Source: a virus (lineage: Duplodnaviria; Caudoviricetes). From it: a stretch of 34,938 bases of DNA. The stretch spans positions 1 to 34,938 of the IMG/VR virus record IMGVR_UViG_3300033076_000095; one strand, 5' to 3'. The position numbers and the translations under genes were made by a program. Of this stretch, positions 1-9,593 are shown piece after piece. A model generated the notes under the pieces. It was not told where the DNA came from. It saw nothing but the letters and a program-made list of their open reading frames with translations, and did no database searches. The number at the start of each line of letters is the position of its first letter. The first letter of the stretch is position 1.

Positions 1-1
1 C

Positions 2-31
2 ATCGTGTACGTTACTCCTGTCGGCGCTTAA
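2..31 (+). CDS. 3' end of a small virion-module gene (partial, ...IVYVTPVGA*)
   Basis: Open frame from the window edge to TAA at 29-31, followed by a purine-rich RBS for the next gene; probably the end of the gene starting at 34885. Confidence 0.55.
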   Translation: MVYVTPVGA

Positions 32-48
32 TTTAAAAGGGGGCAGGA

Positions 49-2616
49 ATGTCAGACCCCGCAGAGTCCTCGGTACAGAACTTACTGCCTGTTCAGGCGT
101 ATTTTGACGCTCAGGACAATTTTCAGACTTTCATTGGTCAGAACAAACCGTTTTATGCAACCGTAAACCCACAACAGTCTGGGTTGCATATCACGGACAG
201 CACGATTGACAGCACGACTATTGGTGCAACTACGCCATCCACAGGCGTGTTCACCAATGTCAATATGACAACAGGCACAATTTCAACTGCTCCTGTTGGC
301 AACACTGACATTGTCAACAAGCAATACGTTGATGCCATTGCTCAAGGTTTGAACCCCAAGCAAGCTGTCAAATGTGCTACGACTGTAAGCATTACGCTGT
401 CTGGACTTCAAACTATTGACACTTACACCACATTGGCTGGTGATCGAGTGTTGGTTAAAAACCAAGGAACATCGTCAGAAAACGGCATTTATATTGTTGC
501 TTCTGGCGCTTGGACTCGTGCATCTGATATGGATGTATGGTCAGAAGTGCCTGGTGCGTATACGGTCATTTTGAACGGCACACAAGCTCAAACTGGTTGG
601 GTTTGTACCGCTTCAGACACTGGCACGATTGGCGTTACAGCAATGCCTTGGGTGCAATTCTCTGGTTCTGCTACCTATTACGCTGGCACAGGCTTAACGC
701 TTGCAGCTAATACGTTCAGCATTACCAACACTGGAGTGACCGCAGCCACAAAAGGTTCGGCATCCAAAACCGTTACTGCAACTGTCAATGCTCAAGGTCA
801 ATTGACCAGTTTGACAGATCAAGACATTGCAATTGCTGGCACACAAATCACAAGTGGTTTGGTTAGCCCTACTTATGGCGGTACAGGCGTAAACAATGGC
901 TCAAACACGCTGACTTGGAACGCAAGCTATTCGCTAGATCAATCCGTTGCTTCTGGTGCTGCGCCTACGTTTGCAGGCACAAATTTCAGCTCAATTCCAA
1001 ATTCAGCTCTGACAAACAGCGCAATCACAGTAAATGGTTCAACCATTGCTTTGGGTGGTTCTGCAACGATTACTGCTGTCAATCCAAATGCTTTGACGCT
1101 TGGAACTGGTTTGTCGGGTACATCTTACGATGGTTCTGCGGCTGTAACTGCGGCAATTGCTAACACAGGCGTTACGGCTAATTCTTACTCAATTCTAAAC
1201 GCCACGGTTAATGCTCAAGGGCAATTGACTGCGGCATCTAGCGCCAGCACGACAGGTTCAGGGAATGTGGTTTTGGCGACAAGCCCAAGCATTTCCTCAC
1301 CAACAATTGATGGCGCAAATCCTTACATTCAGTTTGCAAATGGCTCTGCGGTCACATTGGCGGCGGGTCGTATGTGGTATGACGGAAGCACAGGAAGTCT
1401 AAACTTTGGCATGGGTAATGGAAACATTACTCAGCAGGTTGGCGAAGAAATCTTTGTGTATGGCAAGGCATCTGCCGCCATTACAGAGGGTCAATTAGTG
1501 ATGAAAACGGGCGTTGTTGGAGCGTCAGGCGTTATTACGTTTGCACCAACTTCTGCTGGTATTACTGATGACAACGTGATTATCGGTATTGCCACAGAAA
1601 ACATTGCTTTAAATGGCTTTGGGCGCATTACGGCTTTTGGTGTTGTCCACGGAATCAACACTTCAGGCTTTACAGATGGCGCAACGCTTTGGTATGACCC
1701 AACATCTAGTACAGGCGGGATGACGGCTACAAAGCCTTCTGCCCCTAATGTTAAGTGTGAAGTTGGTATTGTTATCAACGCAGGTAGCGGTGGCTCTGGC
1801 TCAATTCAGGTTGAGATCATCCACGGCACAAAGTTGGGTGGCAGCGATTCAAACGTTGGTTTTGGCACATTGGCTAACGGCGATTTGATTCAATACAACA
1901 CAAGTTTGGGATATTGGACAAACGTAGCCACAAGCACAGTTGCCGTTGGAACAGCTACTAACTTAGCAGGCGGCGTTGCTGGCGCTGTTCCTTATCAGTC
2001 TGGGGTTGGCGCAACAGCCTTCACCGCTACGGGCACTTCTGGGCAGGTTTTGACGTCAAACGGATCGGGGGCGCCGACATGGACAACGCCAACAGCCTAT
2101 GCAACTGTCACTGATGACACCACAACCAATGCAACTCGATACCCATTGTTTGCGGCTGTTACCACTGGTAACCTGACAACAGAATATACCAGTTCGACTA
2201 AGTACCAATTCAACCCTTCCACTGGCGTATTGACTGCCACAGGATTTAGCGGTTCTGGTGCTTCTTTGACTAGCCTGACTGCTGGCAATTTGTCTGGAAC
2301 GATTCCAAGCTCTGTGTTGGGCAATTCGTCGCTTTACATTGGCACAACAGCCATTGCACTAAATCGCTCAAGCGCCAGCCAATCTTTGACAGGCGTAAGC
2401 ATTGATGGCTCTGCTGGCTCGGCTACGACAGCCACAACAGCAACAAACGCAACAAACGTAGCTGTAACTGACAACACTACAACAAATGCCACTTATTACC
2501 CTGCTTTTGTGAGTAATACCACAGGAAATTTAGGTATCACAGTGTCATCTACTAAGCTAAAATTCAACCCAAGCACAGGCGCATTAACAGCAAGCCAGCT
2601 TGTCATCGCACCGTAA
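49..2616 (+). CDS. Tail fibre / long virion fibre protein
   Basis: 855 aa, G/T/S/A-rich; DIVNKQYVD and LSGLQTID...GDRVLVKNQ...NGIY...WTRA motifs typical of phage fibres; internal repeats. Confidence 0.8.
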   Translation: MSDPAESSVQNLLPVQAYFDAQDNFQTFIGQNKPFYATVNPQQSGLHITDSTIDSTTIGATTPSTGVFTNVNMTTGTISTAPVGNTDIVNKQYVDAIAQGLNPKQAVKCATTVSITLSGLQTIDTYTTLAGDRVLVKNQGTSSENGIYIVASGAWTRASDMDVWSEVPGAYTVILNGTQAQTGWVCTASDTGTIGVTAMPWVQFSGSATYYAGTGLTLAANTFSITNTGVTAATKGSASKTVTATVNAQGQLTSLTDQDIAIAGTQITSGLVSPTYGGTGVNNGSNTLTWNASYSLDQSVASGAAPTFAGTNFSSIPNSALTNSAITVNGSTIALGGSATITAVNPNALTLGTGLSGTSYDGSAAVTAAIANTGVTANSYSILNATVNAQGQLTAASSASTTGSGNVVLATSPSISSPTIDGANPYIQFANGSAVTLAAGRMWYDGSTGSLNFGMGNGNITQQVGEEIFVYGKASAAITEGQLVMKTGVVGASGVITFAPTSAGITDDNVIIGIATENIALNGFGRITAFGVVHGINTSGFTDGATLWYDPTSSTGGMTATKPSAPNVKCEVGIVINAGSGGSGSIQVEIIHGTKLGGSDSNVGFGTLANGDLIQYNTSLGYWTNVATSTVAVGTATNLAGGVAGAVPYQSGVGATAFTATGTSGQVLTSNGSGAPTWTTPTAYATVTDDTTTNATRYPLFAAVTTGNLTTEYTSSTKYQFNPSTGVLTATGFSGSGASLTSLTAGNLSGTIPSSVLGNSSLYIGTTAIALNRSSASQSLTGVSIDGSAGSATTATTATNATNVAVTDNTTTNATYYPAFVSNTTGNLGITVSSTKLKFNPSTGALTASQLVIAP

Positions 2617-2625
2617 GGAAGCAAC

Positions 2626-4119
2626 ATGGGAAATCTTGTTTTTCAAGCAACATTAGGCGGTCAGGTCAATCTGGTTGGCCCTAACACTGCGTCAACTTAC
2701 AACATTAACGTTCCTGCTGTGGCGGGTAACATGGTTACTACTGGCGACACAGGAACAGTGACCAGCACAATGTTGGCATCAAGTGTTTACACCGCTCCAG
2801 GCACGATTGGTAGCGGAACACCAAATACTGGTGCTTTCACTACATTGACACTTACAAATGCGCTTGGAGTTGCTTATGGTGGAACGAATGCAACATCATT
2901 TACTGGAAAATCAGGAAATGTTGCTGGATTGGTTTTTTATGATGGCACAAAGTTAACTAATGATGCAACTGTGACTGATGTTGGTTATGACACATCAACA
3001 AACACAGTTAAAGCAAACAATTTGTCTATTAGCGGAACTCAAACATACGCTGATGGATCAACGCAAAACACTGCTGCTACAGGGTTTGGCTTCAAGAACC
3101 GCATCATCAATGGTGCGATGATGATTGACCAGCGTAATGCGGGGGCTAGTGTTACGAACGGTGCTGGCTACCTCTTTTCGGTGGACCGTTGGATTACCTA
3201 CGGTTCGCAAGCGTCCAAGTTTTCTGTGCAACAGGTAAACTCACCTGTCACAGGTTTCTCAAAGGCGATGAAGTTCACATCACTATCAGCCTATTCTGTA
3301 GCTGCAGGTGATCTTTTCTTTACGGTTCATTGGATTGAGGGCCTAAACGTTCAGGACCTTGGCTGGGGCACAGCAAACGCCCAGGCTGTGACTATCTCGT
3401 TCAAAGTGTATTCCAGCCTAACTGGCACATTCGGAGGCGTGGTCAAGAACGGTGCTTCCAACCGAAGCTACCCCTTCACGTTTACGGTCAACACAGCGAA
3501 TACAGAAGAGGTCAAGACTATCACCATCCCTGGAGACACAGCAGGAACTTGGGCCACAGACAACGGGAAAGGTATTGGCCTCTTGTTTGGCCTTGGTGTT
3601 GGGTCCACATACTTAGGGGCCGCTGGCGCTTGGGCATCCACGGACTACTACTCAGCTACAGGCGCAACCAGCGTAGTCGGCACAAACGGCGCAACCTTCT
3701 ACATCACAGGCGTTCAACTCGAAAAAGGATCAACAGCCACATCGTTTGACTACCGCCCGTATGGTACTGAGTTGGCTTTGTGTCAGCGGTATTGCATCCG
3801 TTATGGTGGTGTAGCAGCTTATGAGCCTTTAGGCATGGCTATCGCAAGCGGAACAACCACATTTCAAGTTCCGTTTCAGCTTCCTGTCGAAATGAGGTCA
3901 GCTCCTACACTAAGTTATAGCTCTGCTTCAAATTGGGCGTACAGCGATGTAAATACAGGTGGCAATTCAACAGGAACAGCAATAGCCATTAACGTGGCTT
4001 CTACAAAAGTGGTGGACTTGAACTTCTCAGGACTTTCTGGACTTACAACCTACCGCCCAAACATGTGTGTTGCTAACAATACGACATCTGCAAGTTTGAC
4101 GCTTTCTGCGGAGCTATAA
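2626..4119 (+). CDS. Tail fibre / receptor-binding protein
   Basis: 497 aa with GFKNRIINGAMMIDQRN ... GVQLEKGSTATSFDYRPYGTELALCQRY fibre module; AAGGA RBS. Confidence 0.8.
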   Translation: MGNLVFQATLGGQVNLVGPNTASTYNINVPAVAGNMVTTGDTGTVTSTMLASSVYTAPGTIGSGTPNTGAFTTLTLTNALGVAYGGTNATSFTGKSGNVAGLVFYDGTKLTNDATVTDVGYDTSTNTVKANNLSISGTQTYADGSTQNTAATGFGFKNRIINGAMMIDQRNAGASVTNGAGYLFSVDRWITYGSQASKFSVQQVNSPVTGFSKAMKFTSLSAYSVAAGDLFFTVHWIEGLNVQDLGWGTANAQAVTISFKVYSSLTGTFGGVVKNGASNRSYPFTFTVNTANTEEVKTITIPGDTAGTWATDNGKGIGLLFGLGVGSTYLGAAGAWASTDYYSATGATSVVGTNGATFYITGVQLEKGSTATSFDYRPYGTELALCQRYCIRYGGVAAYEPLGMAIASGTTTFQVPFQLPVEMRSAPTLSYSSASNWAYSDVNTGGNSTGTAIAINVASTKVVDLNFSGLSGLTTYRPNMCVANNTTSASLTLSAEL

Positions 4120-4290
4120 ATGACACAATACAAAATCCAAAACAATGTGCGTGGTGAAGCGGTGGCTGTGACCGTCATTGGTCAAAACATCAGCATCCCA
4201 TTCGACCCCGCCAACACAGACTACCAAGCCTATTTGAAGTGGCTAGAAGAAGGCAACACGCCAGAACCTGCTGACGAGGTTCAATCGTGA
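4120..4290 (+). CDS. Small tail-fibre assembly/chaperone-like protein (56 aa, not in ORF track)
   Basis: MTQYKIQ...SIPFDPANTDYQAYLKWLEEGNTPEPAD; this motif typically follows such fibre genes; abuts the upstream stop and overlaps the next gene by GTGA. Confidence 0.8.
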   Translation: MTQYKIQNNVRGEAVAVTVIGQNISIPFDPANTDYQAYLKWLEEGNTPEPADEVQS

Positions 4291-4583
4291 CTTGGAAAAT
4301 TTCAGACATTCAAGCAACTGATGGTCTGATTACGTCAGCAAAATACTATGTTGACTTAGAACAAGATTGTTATTTTGCTGACACAGAAGGCTATTGGAAC
4401 TTTGTTGAGCCAAGTCTTTCAACACCATTTGAACAAGTGACCGAGGAAATGGTTGCCACATGGATTCAGAACGAATCTAAAGGCGCTATTGAACAGCGGT
4501 TGCAAGATCAAATTACAGCCTTGAAAGCAACAAAAAGGGTTGTTGCTCCTTGGCTGCCACAAACTTTCACATTCGGAGAATAA
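4287..4583 (+). CDS. Conserved phage protein, tail-fibre associated
   Basis: 98 aa, MTWKI...PFEQVTEEMVATW...PW pattern; coupled to the upstream gene. Confidence 0.7.
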   Translation: MTWKISDIQATDGLITSAKYYVDLEQDCYFADTEGYWNFVEPSLSTPFEQVTEEMVATWIQNESKGAIEQRLQDQITALKATKRVVAPWLPQTFTFGE

Positions 4584-4584
4584 A

Positions 4585-4749
4585 ATGAAACTTGACGCAC
4601 TCAATATGCAAGAAATCCAAGCTATCGTGGCTGGATTGCATGAAACACCGCTACCATATAAACTGGTTGCGCCACTCTTGCAAAAGATTGAGAAGCAAGT
4701 TAACGACCAACTAAAGCCCCCAGAGGAACCCAATGACCAAGCCGATTGA
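4585..4749 (+). CDS. Small hypothetical protein (54 aa)
   Basis: ATG at 4585 after GGAG; LPYKLVAPLLQKIEKQ amphipathic helix. Confidence 0.7.
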   Translation: MKLDALNMQEIQAIVAGLHETPLPYKLVAPLLQKIEKQVNDQLKPPEEPNDQAD

Positions 4750-5716
4750 CATTATTAGCCGAGCATTAAAGGACATTGGGGCTTTAGAAGCTGGCGAAAC
4801 ACCAACACCAGAAGCGGCACAAGACGCTTTTGACCTTTTCAACGACCTTGTAGATCAATGGTCAAACGAAAACTACATGGTGTTTAACGTCACGGAAATC
4901 ATTTTTCCTGTCGTTCCTGGTCAAACCCAGTACACGCTTGGCCCTGATCCAAACACCCCAAATTTCATTGGTGCATCGTTTAATGGTTCAATTTCTGGCA
5001 ACATCCTGACCGTCACTGGTGTGAACTCAGGTGCTGTTGCTCAAGGTCAAACTCTGAGTGGCCCTGGCATCGCTCCTGGCACAAAGATCACATTGAGCTT
5101 GTCTGGTGCTGGCGGTAACGTGAACGAGGCTGGCACTTATCGTGTCAACATCAATCAATCTGTTCCTGCTACAACAATCACGGCTAACTACCAAAAGCCT
5201 TTGAGCATTGATTCAGCTTTTGTGCGAATCAACACAACTTCAAACAGCCAGCCAATTCTTAACGGTGGTTTGGATTATCCAATCTCGATTTTGGCACTCC
5301 AAGAGTACGAATTGATTGGCTTGAAAACGCTCAATGGCCCTTGGCCCAAAGCAATCTATTACAACCCCAATGAGGAGTCTGGCAACCTTTTTGTGTGGCC
5401 TAACCCATCTCAGGGTGAAATGCACTTGTTCGCCAATACACTGTTCTCACGTTACGATAGTATGTATGACGATGTGGTGATGCCACAAGGCTACATGATG
5501 GCCTTTCGTTGGTGTTTGGCTGAACGCTTGATGCCTATGTATGGCAAAGCCTCACAAGTGCAAATTGGTATGATTCAAGCATACGCAGCACAGGCAAAAG
5601 CTACGCTGAAACGCACAAATATGTCTCCGCTTCAAACTGCTCAATACTCTGACGCTTTGCTTACAAGCCGAGCCAAAGATGCTGGTTGGATTTTGAGTGG
5701 CGGCTTCTTCCGCTAA
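4733..5716 (+). CDS. Head-to-tail adaptor (P22 gp4-like) with inserted beta domain
   Basis: N-terminal DIISRALKDIGAL...GETPT..AQDAFDLFNDLVDQW and C-terminal LAERLMPMYG motifs; lies just before the gp10-like gene. Confidence 0.75.
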   Translation: MTKPIDIISRALKDIGALEAGETPTPEAAQDAFDLFNDLVDQWSNENYMVFNVTEIIFPVVPGQTQYTLGPDPNTPNFIGASFNGSISGNILTVTGVNSGAVAQGQTLSGPGIAPGTKITLSLSGAGGNVNEAGTYRVNINQSVPATTITANYQKPLSIDSAFVRINTTSNSQPILNGGLDYPISILALQEYELIGLKTLNGPWPKAIYYNPNEESGNLFVWPNPSQGEMHLFANTLFSRYDSMYDDVVMPQGYMMAFRWCLAERLMPMYGKASQVQIGMIQAYAAQAKATLKRTNMSPLQTAQYSDALLTSRAKDAGWILSGGFFR

Positions 5717-5725
5717 GGATAAAAG

Positions 5726-7714
5726 ATGGCTGATTTTGGTTTTGTTGGGCCTTCTTATGAAGCTCCTAGCATCTATCAGGATGCTCAGGAGTGCATCAAC
5801 TTCTTTCCTGAAATTGATCCATTAAAGCAGCCTGGCACTCGTGGCATTGTTGCTCTTTATCCTACGCCTGGATTAACAACCAAAGCTGTTTTGCCAAGTC
5901 TGGATGAAGTGCGTGGTATGCGTACTGTGTCTGGTGGTCAGCAAATGGTGGCTGTAAGTGGCCCCTATGTCTATGTTTTGTCTGCCAATCTGGTTCCTAC
6001 CGTTGTCGGCACATTGAACACATCCACAGGCGTTGTAAACATCACTGATAACGGTGTCAACGTCTACATTGTGGATGGCGCTTACCGTTACACATGGCGT
6101 ATTTCTAACCCTGCAAACGCTGTTTTCACTGGTTCAATCAGTTCAACGACATTGACTGTTTCCAGCATCTCTAGCGGAACTATTGCAATTGGTCAGGCTT
6201 TGTACGGTATTGGCGTGTCTGCTGAAACCGTGATTACTGGCGGTTCTGGAACATCTTGGACTGTAAATAAGAGCCAAACTGTTTCAACTGGTTCGCTCAA
6301 TTCCGCCGCTACTGGTGCTGTGTTTACTGGCACGATTGCCACCAACACATTGACTGTTTCGGCTGTTGCTTCTGGCACTATCTACATTGGTCAGACTGTT
6401 CAAGGCGCTGGCGTTACTGCTGGTTCTGTGATTACAGCATTTGTTTCTGGCACTTCTGGTGGTGTTGGCGTATATACATTGAGTGCAAACAGCACAGTTG
6501 CTGTTGGCGTGACCATGTATGGCCTGAACTTTTCTGTTCTCCCATCGTCGGATGGGGCTTTTTCTGGCGGTACGACTGTTGACATTGTTGACAACTACTT
6601 TGTTTACAGCCGACCAGATTCCCAACAATGGGGATCATCTGATCTACTTTCGCCAATTAGCCCTCAATTGAGCTTTGGTTCAAAGGATGGCGCACCAGAT
6701 AACTTGGTCGCTTTGATTGTTGACCATCGTGAAGTCTATTTAATGGGTGAGGTTTCGTCAGAGGTTTGGACTGATGTGGGTGCGGTTCCGTTCCCGTTCC
6801 AGCGCATACCTGGCACTTCCACCCAACATGGCTGTGCTGCTCAATTCTCACTGGCTCGATTGGGTAACTCATTTGCGTATGTGAGCCGAAACATTCGTGG
6901 TCAAGCTCAGATCATGCAGATGAATGGCTACCAGCCTCAACGCATTTCCACCCATGCTGTCGAAAACAGTCTGGTTGGTGAATACATTGATGACGCTGTT
7001 GCTTGGACTTACCAATTGGAAGGCCATGAAGTCTATGTGGTGACATTCCCAAGCATCGGTCAAGGTTTGACTTGGTGCTATGACGTTGCCTCTGAAATGT
7101 GGCACAAATGGCTTTATACCAACACAAATGGCACATATTCACGCCATCGTGGTAATTGCTGTTGCGTGTTTCAGGGAATGGTGTTGGTAGGCGACTATGA
7201 AAATGGTCGAATCTATGAGTTGGACAAAACCAATTACACAGATGATGGTCAGCACGTTCGTCGCTTGCGTAGAGCGCCACATTTGGTGACTGATTTGCAA
7301 CGCCAATACTTTGAGGAACTTCAGATTCAGTTCCAGCCTGGTGTTGGCATGGGTGGCATCAATATCCAAGCGCCAAACCCTGTTATCTACACATCTTCTC
7401 CTTTGGTTATCACGCCTTCAGAGACAAAAACGATTGCTCCGACTGCGATTCTGGAGATTGGCATTTACAGTTCTATCAACGACACAACTCCAGCAACTTA
7501 TCCACAAGCAATGCTGCGTTGGTCTAATGATGGCGGTTCTACATGGAGCCGTGAATACTGGACAACAATCGGTCAACAGGGCAAATACAAGAATCGTGCC
7601 ATTTGGCGTCGATTGGGTCAGGCTCGTGACCGTGTGTTTGAGGTGTCAATTACAGACCCTGTAAAGGCTGTGATTGTGTCGGCTAACCTAAAGGCTTCTG
7701 AGGGAGAAAACTAA
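5726..7714 (+). CDS. Packaged-DNA stabilisation / tail hub protein (P22 gp10-like)
   Basis: 662 aa; LYPTPGL start, [23 protein letters not shown]...[21 protein letters not shown]-terminus. Confidence 0.85.
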   Translation: MADFGFVGPSYEAPSIYQDAQECINFFPEIDPLKQPGTRGIVALYPTPGLTTKAVLPSLDEVRGMRTVSGGQQMVAVSGPYVYVLSANLVPTVVGTLNTSTGVVNITDNGVNVYIVDGAYRYTWRISNPANAVFTGSISSTTLTVSSISSGTIAIGQALYGIGVSAETVITGGSGTSWTVNKSQTVSTGSLNSAATGAVFTGTIATNTLTVSAVASGTIYIGQTVQGAGVTAGSVITAFVSGTSGGVGVYTLSANSTVAVGVTMYGLNFSVLPSSDGAFSGGTTVDIVDNYFVYSRPDSQQWGSSDLLSPISPQLSFGSKDGAPDNLVALIVDHREVYLMGEVSSEVWTDVGAVPFPFQRIPGTSTQHGCAAQFSLARLGNSFAYVSRNIRGQAQIMQMNGYQPQRISTHAVENSLVGEYIDDAVAWTYQLEGHEVYVVTFPSIGQGLTWCYDVASEMWHKWLYTNTNGTYSRHRGNCCCVFQGMVLVGDYENGRIYELDKTNYTDDGQHVRRLRRAPHLVTDLQRQYFEELQIQFQPGVGMGGINIQAPNPVIYTSSPLVITPSETKTIAPTAILEIGIYSSINDTTPATYPQAMLRWSNDGGSTWSREYWTTIGQQGKYKNRAIWRRLGQARDRVFEVSITDPVKAVIVSANLKASEGEN

Positions 7715-7956
7715 TGTCCAATGGGCTTTATTCTTCTCCTCAAGTTAACCCTTATCCACAGTCTCAGTTTCTTGATGGGCAAACAAACCGCCCAACAAGG
7801 GCGTGGCAACAGTTCTTTTTGAATCTGCTGAACTTCACATCATCTGATTCGGCAAACACAGAGCCAAGTGGCCCATCTGTGCCAGCCAAGCCTGTGGGGT
7901 TCATAAATATCACTGTGAATGGCAAGCCTTACAAAGTCCCCTATTACAATCCGTAA
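7714..7956 (+). CDS. Small tail protein (position of P22 gp26 needle)
   Basis: 80 aa, RAWQQFFLNL motif, directly after the gp10-like gene. Confidence 0.5.
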   Translation: MSNGLYSSPQVNPYPQSQFLDGQTNRPTRAWQQFFLNLLNFTSSDSANTEPSGPSVPAKPVGFINITVNGKPYKVPYYNP

Positions 7957-8361
7957 ATGGAACTTAGACGCATCACAGCAGACAAATTGGCCCAAAGTTG
8001 GGTTGATATTGAGCCTTTTCTTTCTGATGCTTTGATTTATGCTGGTGGTGACTTTACGATTGAACAAGTTAAGGTCTACATCACAATGAATCAATGGCTT
8101 CTTGTGGGTGTTTTTGATGGTAATTTGCTCAAAGGAGCAATGACCGTTTCATTCACAAATATGCCAAATGATCGAGTTGCGTTTATTACTGCGATTGGCG
8201 GTAAAAACATCACAACTCAGGACACTTTTCGACAATTTAGTGCTATCTTAAAAGCGCATGGTGCGACTAAAATACAGGGTAGCGTAAGACAATCAGTTGC
8301 AAGATTGTGGCGCAGACTTGGCTTCCAAGAGCGTTGCATTTTGGTGGAGAAAAAGATATGA
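7957..8361 (+). CDS. Virion assembly protein, GNAT-like fold (position of P22 gp14)
   Basis: 134 aa ending ...RQSVARLWRRLGF; precedes the ejection proteins. Confidence 0.55.
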   Translation: MELRRITADKLAQSWVDIEPFLSDALIYAGGDFTIEQVKVYITMNQWLLVGVFDGNLLKGAMTVSFTNMPNDRVAFITAIGGKNITTQDTFRQFSAILKAHGATKIQGSVRQSVARLWRRLGFQERCILVEKKI

Positions 8362-9584
8362 GTGGTGGAAATCCTGTTTCATCCGTTACCAATGCAATTG
8401 GTGATGTTGTTGGTGGTGCAGCCGATATTGTTGGCGGTGCTGTTAACGCCGTTGGCGATCTTGGTCAAAACATCATTGACACAGTAAAAGAGCATCCTCT
8501 TGAGGCCGCTGCTCTTGCTGCTGCTGGTTATTATTATTGGCCTGAAATTAGCGCTTGGGTTGGTTCTGATGGAACTGCAATTGCGGGAACTGAAACTGGA
8601 ACTCAAGCTGGTGCGGCTGTTACGTCAGCTCCAGCAGGTTATTCAGCAGCCGCTGACGCTACTGACTTGGCTGGTGTGTCTAATGCAGGTGGAGCAGGTT
8701 TAACTGGCGCAAATGCAATTGGCGCTCAAACTGCTTATCCTGCTTTAAATGCTGCTGCCGCTGGTAATGCTGCCGCTGCTGGCATGACTCCAGCTCAAAT
8801 TGCTGCCGCCGCCGCTGGCACAGGCGCAGGAACCGCTGCCGCTGGCTCATCACTTGGCTCAATGTTGCCTTACATGGTTGGCGGTCAAATCGCCACTGGC
8901 TTGTTGCAAGCCAATGCAGCACAAAAAGCCGCTGATGTTCAATCAGCCGCTGCTCAAGGAGCTACACAGCTTCAAGGACAAATGTTCAACACGATCAACC
9001 AACAGCAAGCGCCCTATCGCACTGCTGGTTATCAAGCGTTGAATCAAATCGGTTCTCTTGGCTCTGGTCAATATGTCCAATATGACGCTAATGGCAATCC
9101 TATTGGAACAGGTACTGGTAATGATTATCTAACCCATCAATTCAATGCCGCTGACTTGAAAGCTGGTTTGGCTCCAAACTATGATTTCATGTTGCAACAA
9201 GGTCAAATGGCTAATCAACGTGCTGCCAATGCTGGCGGCGGTGGCTTGTCTGGTAATGCTTTGCAAGGTTTGAATAAGTTTACGCAGGACTACGCTGGTA
9301 ATGCGTATCAAAATGCGTTTAACAATTATCAAACACAACGCAGCAACATTTACAACACTTTGGCTGGTATTGCTGGCATTGGTCAAACAGGTCAAAACGC
9401 TACTAACACTGCTGGCACAAATGCAACAAACGCAGCATCTCAATTGGGTGTTGGCTCTGCCGCTGCTCAAGCCGCTGGTTTGACAGGCTCAACCGCTGCG
9501 CTTGGCAACACAGTTGGCAACGTAGCCAATACATATATGCTGGCAAACTTGTTGGGTCAACGTGGCTCAGTTGCTCCTCAATAA
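8358..9584 (+). CDS. DNA ejection protein (gp7-like)
   Basis: Ala/Gly/Gln-rich; QAPYRTAGYQAL, PNYDFMLQQG, LSGNALQGL motifs; ATG at 8358 overlaps the upstream stop (ATGA) with GGAG RBS. Confidence 0.7.
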   Translation: MSGGNPVSSVTNAIGDVVGGAADIVGGAVNAVGDLGQNIIDTVKEHPLEAAALAAAGYYYWPEISAWVGSDGTAIAGTETGTQAGAAVTSAPAGYSAAADATDLAGVSNAGGAGLTGANAIGAQTAYPALNAAAAGNAAAAGMTPAQIAAAAAGTGAGTAAAGSSLGSMLPYMVGGQIATGLLQANAAQKAADVQSAAAQGATQLQGQMFNTINQQQAPYRTAGYQALNQIGSLGSGQYVQYDANGNPIGTGTGNDYLTHQFNAADLKAGLAPNYDFMLQQGQMANQRAANAGGGGLSGNALQGLNKFTQDYAGNAYQNAFNNYQTQRSNIYNTLAGIAGIGQTGQNATNTAGTNATNAASQLGVGSAAAQAAGLTGSTAALGNTVGNVANTYMLANLLGQRGSVAPQ

Positions 9585-9593
9585 AGGAAAATC

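Noticed and set aside
49-4119. Diversity-generating retroelement acting on the fibres
   Set aside because: No reverse transcriptase and no template/variable repeat pair seen
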